In this document: piece after piece, positions 12,586-25,148 of the stretch
Position numbering within the stretch: position 1 is the first letter of the stretch
Layout of the letters: the number at the start of each line of letters is the position of its first letter
From: Jimgerdemannia flammicorona
Taxonomy: Eukaryota
Direction of reading: 5' to 3'
DNA: 40,736 bases
Assembly (NCBI GenBank): GCA_003990765.1
Contig: RBNJ01000118.1
Coordinates: 1-40,736, forward strand
The notes under the pieces: generated by a model
What the model was told of the DNA's origin: nothing
What the model saw: the letters and a program-made list of their open reading frames with translations, nothing else
The model's database searches: none
Program-made: the position numbers and the translations under genes

Positions 12586-15582
12586 GCCAAATTAGATAAA
12601 GGTAGGTTTGTTTATTTGTTTGAAATTATAAAATATTAGTCATATGACCTTTGTTTGTTTAATAAAAAAATAATAAAGAAGGGGGTATTTATATCCAATG
12701 AGAGGCTTAGCTAATCAAAGTGACTGCTTTCTTAATTTGGAATAGCTTGGGGTCATAAAGCTAAATCTAGTCAAATAGATATGTTGTGTAAGTGGCTGAG
12801 GTTAGAGTTAGGCTTTAAGTAAGGATTTATTCATTATAGAGGAGATAAGATATAGCAGAGTAACAAATAGCAAAGACTCCTAAGATAAGAAAAGGAAAAA
12901 CAGTCCAGGCTATTATGAGATAAGGATTGCTTAGCTAGGCCAGAATGTAAAAAGCAATAAGAGGCCAGTAAAGTAACCAACTAGCTAAGAAGTACAAAAG
13001 AAAGGTCATAGAGGTGATCACCCTATAGATAAACTAGATAAACCATTTTGTCATAGTCATAAAGATAATAAATGTAAAAAGCAAAGAAGAGAGAAGCTAA
13101 GATAAGATATAGAAATACTTAGCACCAACTATGAGAATAATATTAACACCCAAATACCAAATGACTAATATGAGATATATAACTCAATGTACTCTCAATA
13201 ACAAGGAAATCAATTGAGATAAATAAGAGAAAAGCAAGAAATAAAGAAAATATACAATTGCTCAATTACTTAAGTATCTTCATAATTTCAGTCAGATAAA
13301 ACCCAACTATAAGATAGATACTAGAACTATACATATTATTAATAGTATAGTAGGCTGTCCCATAAAGAGCATAAAGAGAGTAGGCATGAAGTTCTGCCTG
13401 CTATTTATTACTGATAAATCAATTAAGCTATCTATCATAATTAGAATTATCTTGAAAAGTAGAATATGAGCATCAAGAAGACTGAACCTATAAAGATGGT
13501 CATGATAAAACTTATCTCTATAGTGGCAGAGGTAAGATTGGCCAAAGTAGCCATAATACCAGAAAGAGCAGAATGTACAAGCCACAATAGAAAGAAGAGG
13601 ACATGATTGATCCCTCTAGACCATAAGCAGCCTTTGGGGGTAATGTACCAAAAGAGTGTCTGGGAAGAAGAGGCCTATTCCTGAAGCAGCTGGTCCTAAA
13701 GAAATGACTAGAAAAAGAAGCAGAGTGAGTGAGTCTTATAGACCTGGAGATAGAGGTCTCAGTACTAGTCAAGGAAGTCAAGCCAGAAAGTCTAATGCTG
13801 AGACTTGTCAATAATAGAACTCAGGGGATGTATGATAAAGCACTTGCTAAGGAGGCTGATGAAGTTGTTACCAGAATTGCTACATCAGTCCAGATGGGCT
13901 TAGAACATATAGTAGAGGTCTGATATATAATGAAAGATAAAGGAGAGGCTAAGAATTGAACTATTAAGTAGAGGTCAGCCAGAAAACCCAACTGCCCAAG
14001 CAATAGCATCATCAAAGACCTGGTTGGGATTCTTTAACACCTGAAGCCCCATAGTAGTAGCCAGATAGGAAGCTCATAGAAGTGAAAGACTGTACTTCAG
14101 CTAAGGCCTAATGAATATTCATATAATGGCCAGCTTAACTTTTAGTAACCAGAGAGGACTATAGGCATAGCAGAACTAAGAGTTCATTCTGCCTTTACTA
14201 TATTCTACAATACTAAACTGATAAGTCAAATCCTTTGTTGGTATATAGTACATATGTCTAGGTATATAGAAGGGGGGTTGTGAACAGGGATTGCCTCTAA
14301 TTAGTATAGTAGAGACAGCAGGGCTGAGATAACTACACTTCTTATGATTGAGCTCTATACCATTTACTATGAGTCAATTTTCATAGAGGTAAATCATCCT
14401 CTATCTCTTTGCAACAGTATAGGAAGTGAGAGCAATATCATTAGCAAAGAAAAGCCCAAGGGAGAAGTTACACTCCTTAAATTGATCATCAAAAGAGGAG
14501 ACAAGAGAGTCAATGAACATATCAAAGAGCTAAGGAGAGAAGAGGGAGTCCTGAAAGAGGCCACACTCAGTGGAGACCAGAGGGATAATAAGGCTATTAA
14601 CAACTATCTAATAAGAACAGTGATTGAAAAGACTTCTGATGATGCTGAGAAGAGCTGCATCAGTAATGTCTTAAGCCAGGAAAGGATGGGCCTGAGGAGG
14701 ACTCTATCATATGCCTGCTAGAGGTCTAGAAAGATATGATGGCTCTACCTCTTGGCCCACATCTCATACAAAAGCAAGACATAAGAAAGAGATAAGAAGT
14801 GGGTTCAGAAGTCTTCTTGGTAGTATGACATTTCTGTTAGGCCACTTCAGCTCTTCCTATAATCTTCCAAATACTACTCAGAGAGTTGGTGAAATATCTC
14901 AGTAAGAGCAATAGAGTGAAACTCATCAATCATCTATAACTTCTCCTTCCTTGAAGTCAGAGAGATAATAACAGAGTTCCAGCAGTTAAGAGTGAGTATA
15001 TACAACTGAAAGAAAAGAGACATGGCTTTCAAAAGACTATAGAGAGCATTCTTCTTTCCAACCATCACCAAAAGGATTCAGACATATAAGAAGTCAGCCC
15101 TATAGGCCTTTGTGAGAGGATAGCTATAAATAGCCCTCCAAACTACAGACTGGTCAAACTAAGACTGCAGTCCAAGAGCCCTAACACCAAAGGGGAAGAT
15201 ATCCTCAGAGTCATCAAGATATATATAAGAAAGTATTCAGTTGACTGAAGATAGTGGTGAAATGAGCAACTATATTATCAAATACAGAGATAGTAGAGGA
15301 GTAGAATTGGAGAAGAGTGAGAGAAGTGGAGTAGTATACTTGCTTAAAATTATAGATAGCATCAGAGGCTAACAATACATTATTAAGGAGGTCCTGCTGT
15401 GTGAGCAGTACTGCCACAATTTCACTTGCATACATGAGCCCAGAATGTCCTCACAGATAGACTGTAGACCAGAGATCAAAAGAGAGTCATGAGATTGCCA
15501 CATCTTTCACTGGTAACATTTGGGTGATACAAAACTCAGACAACACTTTTCACTATGTTTTTGGTGTCTGATAACTATCAAC

Positions 15583-17493
15583 ATAGATGGCAATGATCAA
15601 ACTGGTGAGCATACTGACCAGGAGGGTGGCAGTGCCTTTGGCTGGCAGCAGGTGGGAAGGAGGGGAGATGGTTTGGAGATGCCAGGGACCTCAATGGCTA
15701 GCCGAGGCCCTAGTGGGGGAGGGAGGGGTGGTCTGAGGCAGAGAGGAGGAGAGAGGTCGACCTTTGCTGATAAGGTCAGAATGGGGAAGATGGCCTCTGG
15801 TCTGGATGGTTGGCTGGGCCTGGGGAAGGCATCGACAGCTACTGCTGGGGGACAGAGAGGTGTGCCCAGGGGAGTTTCAGATGGTAGGAGAGGAGCAGGA
15901 GTAGGGGCAGAAGATGTGACTGTTGATGGGGCTGTAACTGGGGATTTGGCAAAAAATCCAGATGTGACAGTGGTTGACAATTCAGGATAGGGAGTGGGTA
16001 TGAGGCCTGGGGACCTGGCAGATGGAGTGACAGGCATGGTATCAGCCCCATTACTCAAGAAGTCGAGGTTGGAATTTATGGTCACAATGTGTTTCTGGGG
16101 CTTGGTGGTGATGGCAAGGATGATTTTGAGGCTGATGGCACAGGAGGCAAAGGGAGCAGTGTCAGTGAAGTTTTTGAAGAGGAAGGAAGGGGTTGAGGTG
16201 GGGTTCAAGGAGGAAGATGCATTGCTGGCAGCTTTGGAGAAAGGGGTGACAGTTGGTGGGGTTGTGGTCCCTATGGCTAGGTACATGTGCTGAGACCCCT
16301 GAGTGGTGCAGTTGATGGTGTTGGATCTCTCTATGGTGTCAAAGGAGAGGACCAGAGAGTTGGTTGAGGAGGTGATCAAGGAGTATGGCGAGATTGTGGA
16401 TGTTGGGTTCAGGGTCTGGGAGGGTATGGAGCTTCGGACTATTGACGTCAATGTCAGAGTGAGGCTGGCCAGAAAGGAGAATACAGAGAAGTCAAGGGAC
16501 TGGCCAGCAATATTGAGGTAGGGACAGGTGGAGTGCAAGGTCATGAGGGTGAAGGGGATCCAGGAGGAGGAGGAAGACCTGTTGGAGGCTCTGGAGGATC
16601 TGAAAGGGGTGGTTGTGAGGAGGAGATTGGCCTGGAAGGAGTTTGAAGCCAGGACAGTGGTGGGGGAGGTGGATGGGAAGAGGGTCTGGATGGAGAGGGG
16701 GGCCTGGGAGAAGATGCAGGGGAGGAAAATTCAGAAAGAGCTGCTGGCGAAGTTGGGTGGGGGTGGTGCTAGTGGAGGCTCAGGAGAGGGGGTTGTGGGA
16801 TTGCAGGAGAGCACCTGGGCTGAGGGGGGTGAAAGGGCCTGGGGTGGGGCTCGGATTGGAGTGAAGGAGGAGAGGGAAGGCAATATGGAGGCAGATGTGG
16901 AAATGAGTGACAGTGTGCGCCCTCAGTATAGTGTCCCAGGTGGAGTGGAGGGGGAGGAGGAGCTGCTGGATGTGCCGGATGAGGAGTGGGATGAGTCAGT
17001 AAGAGGGAGCATGCTGGTGGACCCTGAGGTGGATGGGGGCCAAATTGCTCAGGGTGTAGTAGAGGTGGTGGATAAGGAGAAGTAGATGTGGAAGACCCTG
17101 GAAGGGGTAGTAGCAGAAGAGCTGGGGGGAGAGGATTTCAGGGTTATGGAAGAGAGGCATTGGGAGGAGATCCTACAGGGGGAGGAGGTGCCAAGGAAGA
17201 TGAAGAATGAGATCCTGGCTATTCTCCTGGAGTTGGTGGAATATCAAGTTGATGATCAGAGAGAAGAGAAGCTTAGGAGGATTGTGAGTGACAGGGCATT
17301 ATATTTGTGGAACTCAAGGAAGGGACTGAAGAAGTGGCATGCTGTCGACTATCAGTCAGAGATGGCGATAGTGGACAGAGTGGAATGTCAGGAAATCTTG
17401 GAGGCACTAGATGCTCAGGCTAATGCAGAGGGTGACTTAGAAGCTGAACAGTGCTTGTATCTGACTGGGGATGAGATGAGCATGAAATACTAG
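15583..17493 (+). pseudogene. A3 ORF1 remnant
   Basis: ORF-track pieces 15520-15990, 15994-16293, 16303-16521, 16528-17085 and 17086-17493 are in one frame, separated by in-frame stops. Confidence 0.85.
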
Positions 17494-17523
17494 GCTGGGG
17501 TTGCTATTGCAATATTCTTCAAT

Positions 17524-20500
17524 ATGAATAGTACAACTAGGATATTCTCTTTGAACATAAATGGGTTGCAGGGGGCAGCTAGGAGGCAGAATATATTAGG
17601 ATAGCTTAAGGGACTGGATGTGGATCTCTTCTTGTTGCAGGATGTTCATTATGAGGCAGATGTGGATTTACAGGATTGGACTAAGGAATGGGGGGGGGCA
17701 GCAGTATAGAGGGGGAAGGTGGGTATTCTCATGTAGAAAGGGATGGAGGACATTGGGGACATTGGACATTGGGGGTCTCAGGTGGTGTAGGGAGTGTGAA
17801 AGAGACCTGGATGGGGCTTGCTGACAGTGGGGTCTTGCTACTGCCCAGCTGAGAGAGGGGAGAGGGTGGATTGGATTCACAGGTTGAAAGAGGGTGGTGT
17901 TTTGGGAGAGGTTGGGTTGGACTACATGGGGTGTGATTTCAACATGATATGGGATAAGGAGAGGGATAGAACTGATGGAGGGAGAGACATGTAGGGTGAA
18001 AGTTGTGGGTTGAGTGACTGGTTGGAGACAGAGAGGTTGAGATCTTTAGTGGACTCAGGAAGACAGTTCTAGGGCAATTGGAGGGTGTACACTCACTGGG
18101 TGGCAGGGCTGGGCTCCAGGATTGACTGGGTTTTGACAGTGGAGTGTTGGGGAGCAGATGTCTAGATGGTGCTGGCAGTAGTCTGGTGTCTGTGGTCTGA
18201 TCACTGGGGGCTGCTTGGAGGGGGGAGGTTTGGGGGAAGAGAGGATAGGCCTGGACATTGGTGGCTAAATTCTTCCTTGTTGGAGGATAGGGCTTTGTGG
18301 GAGGGTTGGGAAACAGAGGTTGTGAGGAATGTCTGAAGGTGGTGGGAACAGGGCCTGGAGATTGGAGACCACTGGAGGAGACTGAAGGTGAATGCTCAGG
18401 GATATTGGAAGGAGGCAGGGAAAGGAAGGTGTGTTCAGCAGTGGCGGCAGGTGCTGTGGGCCTCACGGCATCTGGCAGCACTCATGGGGAGATGGGCAGG
18501 TGTGCTAGAGGATAGGGAGGTGACTAATTGGCATAATGTGTGAATCCGAAAGGAGGTGGAGGAGCTTCAAGGAGTGTTACAAAGAGAGGAAGAGGTGAGA
18601 CTGCAGGGGATAGTGGCCTGACTGCGGTGGCAGAGGCTTGAGGAGGGGGAGAGGCCTACTAGGTTTTTGACATAGTTGTTACAAGTATGACGAATGAAGC
18701 AGCAGTGGGAGGGAGTTCTGGATGCGAATAGTGAGCTGGTAGTGGGGACTCTGGCAATTCTGGGCTTACTGAGGACCCACTGGGAGAATCTGTGGAGTGA
18801 GGAGGAAGGAGGAGTGGATGCCTTAGACATTGAAAGGCAGCTGGGGGATTGGCACCCAAACTCTGTGATAGGCCTCAGGGCCTTGGGGGACCTAGTGAGT
18901 GGAGAGGAAATTTGCAAGGTTGTGGCCTTGGTGAGTAAGGGGACAGCTCTGAGAGAGGATGGACTTCCCTGGGATTTCTGGAAGAAGATGACTGGGGTGG
19001 GAGAGGTGTCAGAGGAAATGACTGCTATGTGTAATGAGGTTCTTCAGTCTGGTGCTTGGATTGGGGGCCAGCACCTAGGGCTAGTCTCCTTGCTCTATAA
19101 GAATAAGGGGAGACAGGAAGATCAGAAGACCTGGCAGCTGATCATGCTACTTGACATGGACTGCAAACTGGTGACAAAGATCTTGGTGATGAGGCTGTAA
19201 GGAATTGCTCAGCAGGTGCTTGGGGTAGAGCAGCGTGGGTTTGTCGGTGGCTGGTTGATTCATGATAGGACAGCTTGGGTACATAGAGTGATTGAAGGTG
19301 CCCAGGCTATAGGGGTGGATGGCTGGTTGGTATTTCTGGATCAAGAGAAGGCATATGATAGAGTGTGGAGGATTTGGCTGGAGGGAGTACTGAAACAGAT
19401 TGGTATCCCCCTGGGATTCTGAAGATCATTGATCAGCCTTTTGGAGGACAGTCAGGCAGTATTGGTCATTAATGGCCACAGGGGGGTGACCTTTTCCCTG
19501 GGGCACAGGGTGCCGCAGGGAGACCCCTTGTCACCCATATTGTATGCCCTCTCCTTAGAGCCCCTACTGAACAAGATTCGGCATCAGATTGGGGGTTTGG
19601 ACATTTTAGGGATTCATTGGAAGATGGGAGCCTTTGCTGATGATATAGTGGTCGGGCTGGGCTCCTTGATGGATATGGGGGAGTTACAGAGGTTGGTGGA
19701 ATAGTATGAGGGGGGTTCTGGTGCTAAACTAAACTGGTACAAATGTGAGACTTTGGTGCTAGGTGCTGGAATCATTGGGGGTGATGTTATTGAGATAGTG
19801 GTACTGGCTAGTAAACCAGTGCATTATTTAGAGATCTACTTCTCAGTGTTCAGATCTCTTCTTTCCCGTGTATGGTGGAATCGACAACTCCTGAAGTTGG
19901 GAAATGTTCTGCTGTGATGGGGAGGTCAGCATATGTCCCTAGCCAGAAGGGTGATGGTGCTGAATGTGTATTGGATGCTGAAGCTGTGGTATGAGAGATA
20001 TTATTTGAATTTCCCACCCTGGGTGGTCAGGGGGCTGTTGAAGATGGCGAGGTCATGGATCTGGGGAGGGAAGTGAAGCCAAGTGGGTTGGGAGGTACTC
20101 ATACTGCCTGTGGAAAGAGGTGGGCTGGGCTTAGTTGACTTTACTAAGCAGCTTCACTGCTTGAGAGCTTGGTGGTTGAGGAGGGTGAGTGAGCTGAGGG
20201 GCCAGGAGTGGGTGCCAGTCATGCAGAGGGTGTAGGAGGCTCAGTATTCCCCTCATAGTGACTCTGGTGACCTGCTTGTGATGGTGGCCATGGATGGGAG
20301 CAGGAAGATGAGGTTTACAGGCTTCTGGGGGGGAGTGGTGGATGGTGCTAAGGAAATTGGACTCCAGTGGTGGGGTGATGAAGCCGAGGAGGATTGGGGA
20401 CCACAGATGTGGTGGTGGGACAGACTTCTACTGGGTGGTGTTCTGGTGGAGGATTTTCAGCTTGGCGAGGGTGTGGAGTGTCTGCAGGGATTGGGTGGAG

Positions 20501-21211
20501 ACCTGTGGCCTGAAGCCTGGCAAAGGGTTGGAATTGGTGAGAAGTGGGATTGGAATGGTCTCAGCTTTGGAGCAAAAGGGTGAGACAGTGGCTGCCCCCC
20601 AAGTTTGGGTGGTGTGGTGGCAAGTACTATGGCAGAATGTGATGTTGAACTATCAGTCTGGGCATTTGGTGGATAGTGGAGTATTTGAGTGCGAGGAATG
20701 TTTCAATGTTGATCAGGAGGGAAGAGCAGTACAAATACCTGAACATTGGCTTGGCAAGTGCGAGGTTCTGGAGAAGTTTTTGAAATGTATTGGGGACTAT
20801 TTAGGGCTGTGTGCCTTAGAGAGAGGGAAAGGGGGGAGATGGGGAGATCTCTGCTGGAGACTGGTGGGTGGGGTTGGGGATGAATGGCTGACTCTTGGTT
20901 GGGCTCTGGCCATGTAGATTGGATTGGCTGGACATTGGGTTTATGTATTTGAGGACGGATAGTGGGTTGGGGTTGGGGCCAAGGTAGTACATTGGAAATG
21001 GTTATTATTGGACATTTTGAATGGTTGGTGGCAAGGGTGGGGACTGGGTGGGGGGAATCACAGAGGTTTGGTACAGTACTTCTCCTGGAAGAGTGATGGG
21101 AGGATTTAGGTAGTGGGTGACTGGGTGGTGTTTGGGCAGAAGAGAGTTGAGGGGGGAGAGTTGGGTCCATGGGGCATTGGTTGAGAGTTTGGGGTGATAT
21201 TGTATTTTTAG
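17524..21211 (+). pseudogene. A3 ORF2 (APE + RT + zinc knuckle) remnant
   Basis: MNSTTRIFSLNINGL, LLQDVH, CDFN, SDH, EEGERPTRFL, FLDQEKAYDRV, PQGDPLSP, FADD (19633-19644), CEEC-x14-H-x4-C. Confidence 0.93.
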
Positions 21212-21546
21212 AATTATAGATGGTAGTAATAAAGGGCAGTCTAAGGGACTAAAAAAAAAAAAAAAAAAAAATCAAAAGAGAGTCAAGGGAATCCACAATC
21301 TGCTAGTTATCTTCCACAGAGTAAAAGCCAGTGATTTGGTTCCAGATAGAATAGATGGATCTAACAATAGTATCATAACTGATATTTACTAATTCCTGAA
21401 GGTAGGCTTGAATAATCAGATCTATCAGATATTTTTCAAAATAGTGGCAGATATCAGCCTAGATAGCAATCAGCAAGAGAGAGAAGAGATAGGAGACAGT
21501 AAAGAGGGAGGAATGGTTAGTGGCAACAGTGGGGATAAAGTAGGAA

Positions 21547-21794
21547 AGAGGTCTAATATACAATGAAGAAATAAAGAGAGGCCAAGAATCAAACTGCCAA
21601 ACAAGGACTAGTCAGAAAATCTGATTGCCCAAGTAACAGTATTATCAAAGACCTGCTTAGGATACTTCAATATCTGAAGCCTCATAGTAGTTTCTGGACA
21701 GAAGGTTAGTAGAAGAGAAAGGTCATACTTCAGCTGAGGTCTATTAAAGGTACATATAATGGCCAACTTGATTATTGACAACCAGAGGGGACCC
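21547..21794 (-). mobile_element. Isolated internal fragment of family B (post-RT region)
   Basis: Collinear with B1 ~8735-8982 (translates LSIIKLAIICTFNRPQLKY). Joined to B2 at AGAGG. Confidence 0.8.
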
Positions 21795-22586
21795 CTTGGA
21801 GGGGGTAGAGATGGGTTTTGAGAAGGTGGGTTCACTGGAGGAGGCTTTGAAAACTGGTATAGCTGTAGGAGAGATAGTGATCTCTATAGTATAGTGTTTG
21901 AGGTAGGACACTAGAGTGGTTCAGTTGCTAGTGAGGGGGGTACTTATGGTGATAGTGGCTAAGAATAGAGGAGGTGATGACAGAGTATAGTGATATGTTT
22001 GATATCAGCTTCTATGTATAGGTGGGGACTACTTTCAGGACAAAGAAAATTGATGTCAGGATTAGACTAGTAGAGAGATAGGCTATGGGGAAGATGAGTG
22101 ACTGATCTTTAGTAATAATATGGAGAGTTTTTATCTGTAAGGTGTTGAGGGTGAAAGGGTATAAGGAGGAGGAGAAGGACTTGTTTGAGATGCTGAAGAA
22201 GTTGAGTAGAGCAGTAGAGAGAAGAGTGAAGGTCTGAAAGATATATATAGAGTTGACACATCTGGAGATTATAGATGGAAAATATATTTGTACTAATAAG
22301 AGATAGTGAGAGAGAGCTCAAGAGTACAGAAAGCAGAAGGAGCCACTGAAAAGCATAGAAGAAGTTGTGAAGAAGAATATTAGAGGCACTGAGAAGTTTG
22401 AGGGCATAGAAGTGAGTGTCTGGACTAGTAAGAGAGGAGGAGATATAGAGAAGGGCCTGGATGGAGCAAAGAAGGTACTACTCAAGAACCCATTTGCTAA
22501 TAGTATATTCAAAGTCTGAGAGTCAGTCTTAAAAGATACTCCCCCTCTGGTCTGGTGGGGTCTAGCAGCAAGGGGTAGGGCAGCAG
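21795..22586 (+). mobile_element. Isolated internal fragment of family A ORF1 (A5)
   Basis: Collinear with A4 ~31085-31890, for example AAGAACCCATTTGCT and CCCCCTCTG. Neither terminus is present. Confidence 0.8.
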
Positions 22587-22994
22587 AGGGTTAGGGTTAG
22601 GCTTCAAGTAAGGGTTAATTCATTGTAGAGAAGATAAGATATATCAGAGCAACAAACAGTAAAGACTCCTAAGATGAGAAAAGCAAAACAAGGTCAGTGA
22701 AGTAAACAACTAGATAAGAAGTACAAAACAAAGATCAGAGAGGTGACCACTCTATGGACAGGCTGGATAAAAACCATTTTGTCATAGCTGTAAAGATAAA
22801 AGATGCAAAAAGCAAAGAAAGGGGAAGCTAAGATAAATAGACAACTACCTGGCACTAACTACAGGAATAATATTGACACCCAAACACCAAATAACTGACA
22901 TGAGATATATAACTCAATATGCTCTCAATAATAAGGGAACCAACCAAGGTGAGTGAGGGGAAAGAAAGAAGTAAAAAAACTTGTGATTGCTTGA

Positions 22995-25148
22995 TCACTC
23001 AAGCATCTTTGTAATCTCAGTCAGATAGAACCTAATGACAAGGTGGTCACCAGAATTATGCATTGTATCAATAGCATAGTAGGCTATCATATGAAGAGCA
23101 TGAAGTGGGTAGGCATGAAGTTCTTCCTGCCATTCATCACTGATAAACTAATCAAGTTGTTCATTATGATCAGAAATACCTTGGAATGCAGAATAGGAGC
23201 CATTGAGAAGACCATATCTGAGAAGATGGCTATGATGAAACTTATCTCCCAGAAGTAAGAGCAAGGTTGGCCAAAGTAGCCATAGTGCCAGGGTGAGAGC
23301 AATATCATAAGCAAAGAAGAGCCCAAGGGGAAAGTCATACTCCTTAGAGATGGCAAGGGGGTTGATAAAGACATCAAAGAGCCAGAAAGAGAGGAGGGAG
23401 CCTTAGAAGAGGCCATGCTCAGTGGGGACTAAAGGGGTGATGAGGCCATTAACATCTACCTGATAGAAACAGTGATTGAACAGACTTTGGATAATGCTAA
23501 GGAGGGCTACATCAGTATCTCACACCTCAAGTCAGGAGAGAATGAGCTTGAGGGGAACTCTATTATTGTCAAGAATAACATAACAGCCCCACCTCTTAGT
23601 CCACATCTTGTATGAGAGCAAGACATCAGAGAGAGATCAGAAGTGGGTTCAGAAGCCACCTTGGCAGTGTGACATTTCTGTCAGGCCACTTAAGCTTTTG
23701 ATATAAACTTCCAAACACTTCTCAAAGAGTCTACGAAACATTTTGGTAAGAGCAATAGGGCAAAATCCATCAATTATCTGAGATTCCTCCTTCTTGGGAA
23801 CTGGGATAATAATGGTAGAATTCCAGTGGTAGGGAGTAAGCCCCCAGACCACACATATCTGAAAGAAGAAGGACAGGGCTTTGGACATGCTATAGAGAGC
23901 ATTCTTCTTTCCTACCATCTCCCAAAGAATCTGAACATGCAAGAGTCAGCCCCACAGGCCTTTAAGAGGGGGTAGCTGTGGATAGCCCTCCAGACTGCAG
24001 ATTGGTTAAATCAAAACTGCAGTACAAGAGCACCTATGCTGAGAGGGAAGACATCCTCAGAGTCATCAAGACAGCGAGAGGCGTTTGGTTGGCTGAAGAT
24101 AGTGGTAAAGTGAGCAACCACATTGTTAAAAACTGAGATAGTTGGGGAGCAAGATTGGAGGGGGGTGAGGGGGGTGGAGTGGTATACATGCTTGAAATCA
24201 CAAATGGCATTAAAGACTGAAGATGTACTATGAAGAAGGTCCCACCAGGGGAGTGGCACCACTCTAATTTCTCTTGCATCATATGAGCCAAGAATGTCCT
24301 CACAAACTGACTGTAGACCTGAGGTCGAAAGGGCATTGAGAGAATCAACAAATTGTTGGTGATCTTCCATAGAATGAAAGCCAGCAATATGGTTTCAAAC
24401 AGAGTGATGGACCTGACAATAGTATCACAAATGATATCTGCTAATTTCTGGAGGTGAGCTTGAACAACTAGATCAGTCAGGTATTTCACAGAGTAACACT
24501 GAATGCCAGTCAAGACAGCAACCAGTGAGGGGGAGAAAGGAAAGGAGATAGTAAGGAGAGAGGAGTAGTCAGTAGTGATAGGAGGAGTGGTATATATGAA
24601 GGATACATAGAGGGATATAGTGGTGAATGCATGGTCAACACATGTATATCCAGCCACCAGAGTTAGTTAGTTCGATGACCACATCATCAGAGAGGTATTG
24701 ATGATATCCATCCAGTCCCTAGGAGCAGAGTTGATATCACCAAGGTGAGCACCAAAGTAGATATTGATGTTACTGATCAAAAGAGCCTTACCTGGGAAAG
24801 GGCCAGATATAAGATCCTGAAAACCACTAATGGGAAGAGAGGGGGGGACATAAACCCCAATCAAAGCCAAGCTCTGGAACATGAGCTGGATATGGAAGGA
24901 GTTGGCAGAGGACTCGGAAATGAGTAGGGCAAAACAGTTTGACACAAGGACCATGAGACCACTATTTTGGTAACCCACAATCCTATATAATGCTAGAGGA
25001 GAGGACATGTGAATGAGTGGAGAGGGATGTAGTGGAATATGCTATATTTCACATATAAAAAGAGCATCAAGGGCACGACCAATCAACTGACTGAGCATAT
25101 CAAACTTGTCCTGAGTTAGTCCATGTATATTGAGGAATCCGACCTCAT
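22995..25148 (-). pseudogene. B3 ORF2 remnant with internal deletion
   Basis: ORF-track pieces 24667-25008, 24034-24657 and 23649-23942 carry APE and RT motifs. Confidence 0.85.

Larger units (their letters stand above)
7621..12797 (-). mobile_element. Family B LINE copy B1, full length (~5.2 kb), 3' end is a telomere-like repeat
   Basis: Minus-strand ORF1 and ORF2 (APE, RT FTDNIA) remnants. + strand AGAGTTAGAGTTAGG at 7621-7635. Its 5' terminus (+ strand GTAAGTGGCT) matches that of B3 (GTGAGTGGCT). Confidence 0.9.
15504..21270 (+). mobile_element. Family A LINE copy A3, full length, diverged subfamily, nested in B2
   Basis: 5' CTTTCACTGGTAACATT, ORF1 and ORF2, AATAAA 21228-21233, poly(A) 21251-21270. 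15-bp TSD ATCAAAAGAGAGTCA at 15475-15489 and 21271-21285. Confidence 0.95.
12798..21551 (-). mobile_element. Family B LINE copy B2, 5'-truncated within the APE region and interrupted by A3
   Basis: GAGGTTAGAGTTAGGCTTTAAG at 12798. Collinear with B1 up to 15489, resumes at 21286 after the A3 TSD, ends near 21551. Confidence 0.9.

Noticed and set aside
7621-13270. LTR pair formed by the repeats at 7621-8100 and 12798-13270
   Set aside because: These are 3' UTRs of tandem B copies, each continuing into its own ORF2. No TG..CA ends, primer-binding site or integrase.
15597-16544. Long minus-strand Pro/Ser/Thr-rich ORFs (also 31221-32246, 4210-4809, 17939-18481)
   Set aside because: Antisense shadows of G-rich family A sequence. 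Boundaries are not conserved between copies and there are no motifs.
15583-21211. Alternative genetic code or stop read-through to explain the in-frame stops
   Set aside because: TGA, TAG and TAA all occur, mostly at different positions in different copies, as expected from C>T/G>A mutation. Frameshifts are also present.
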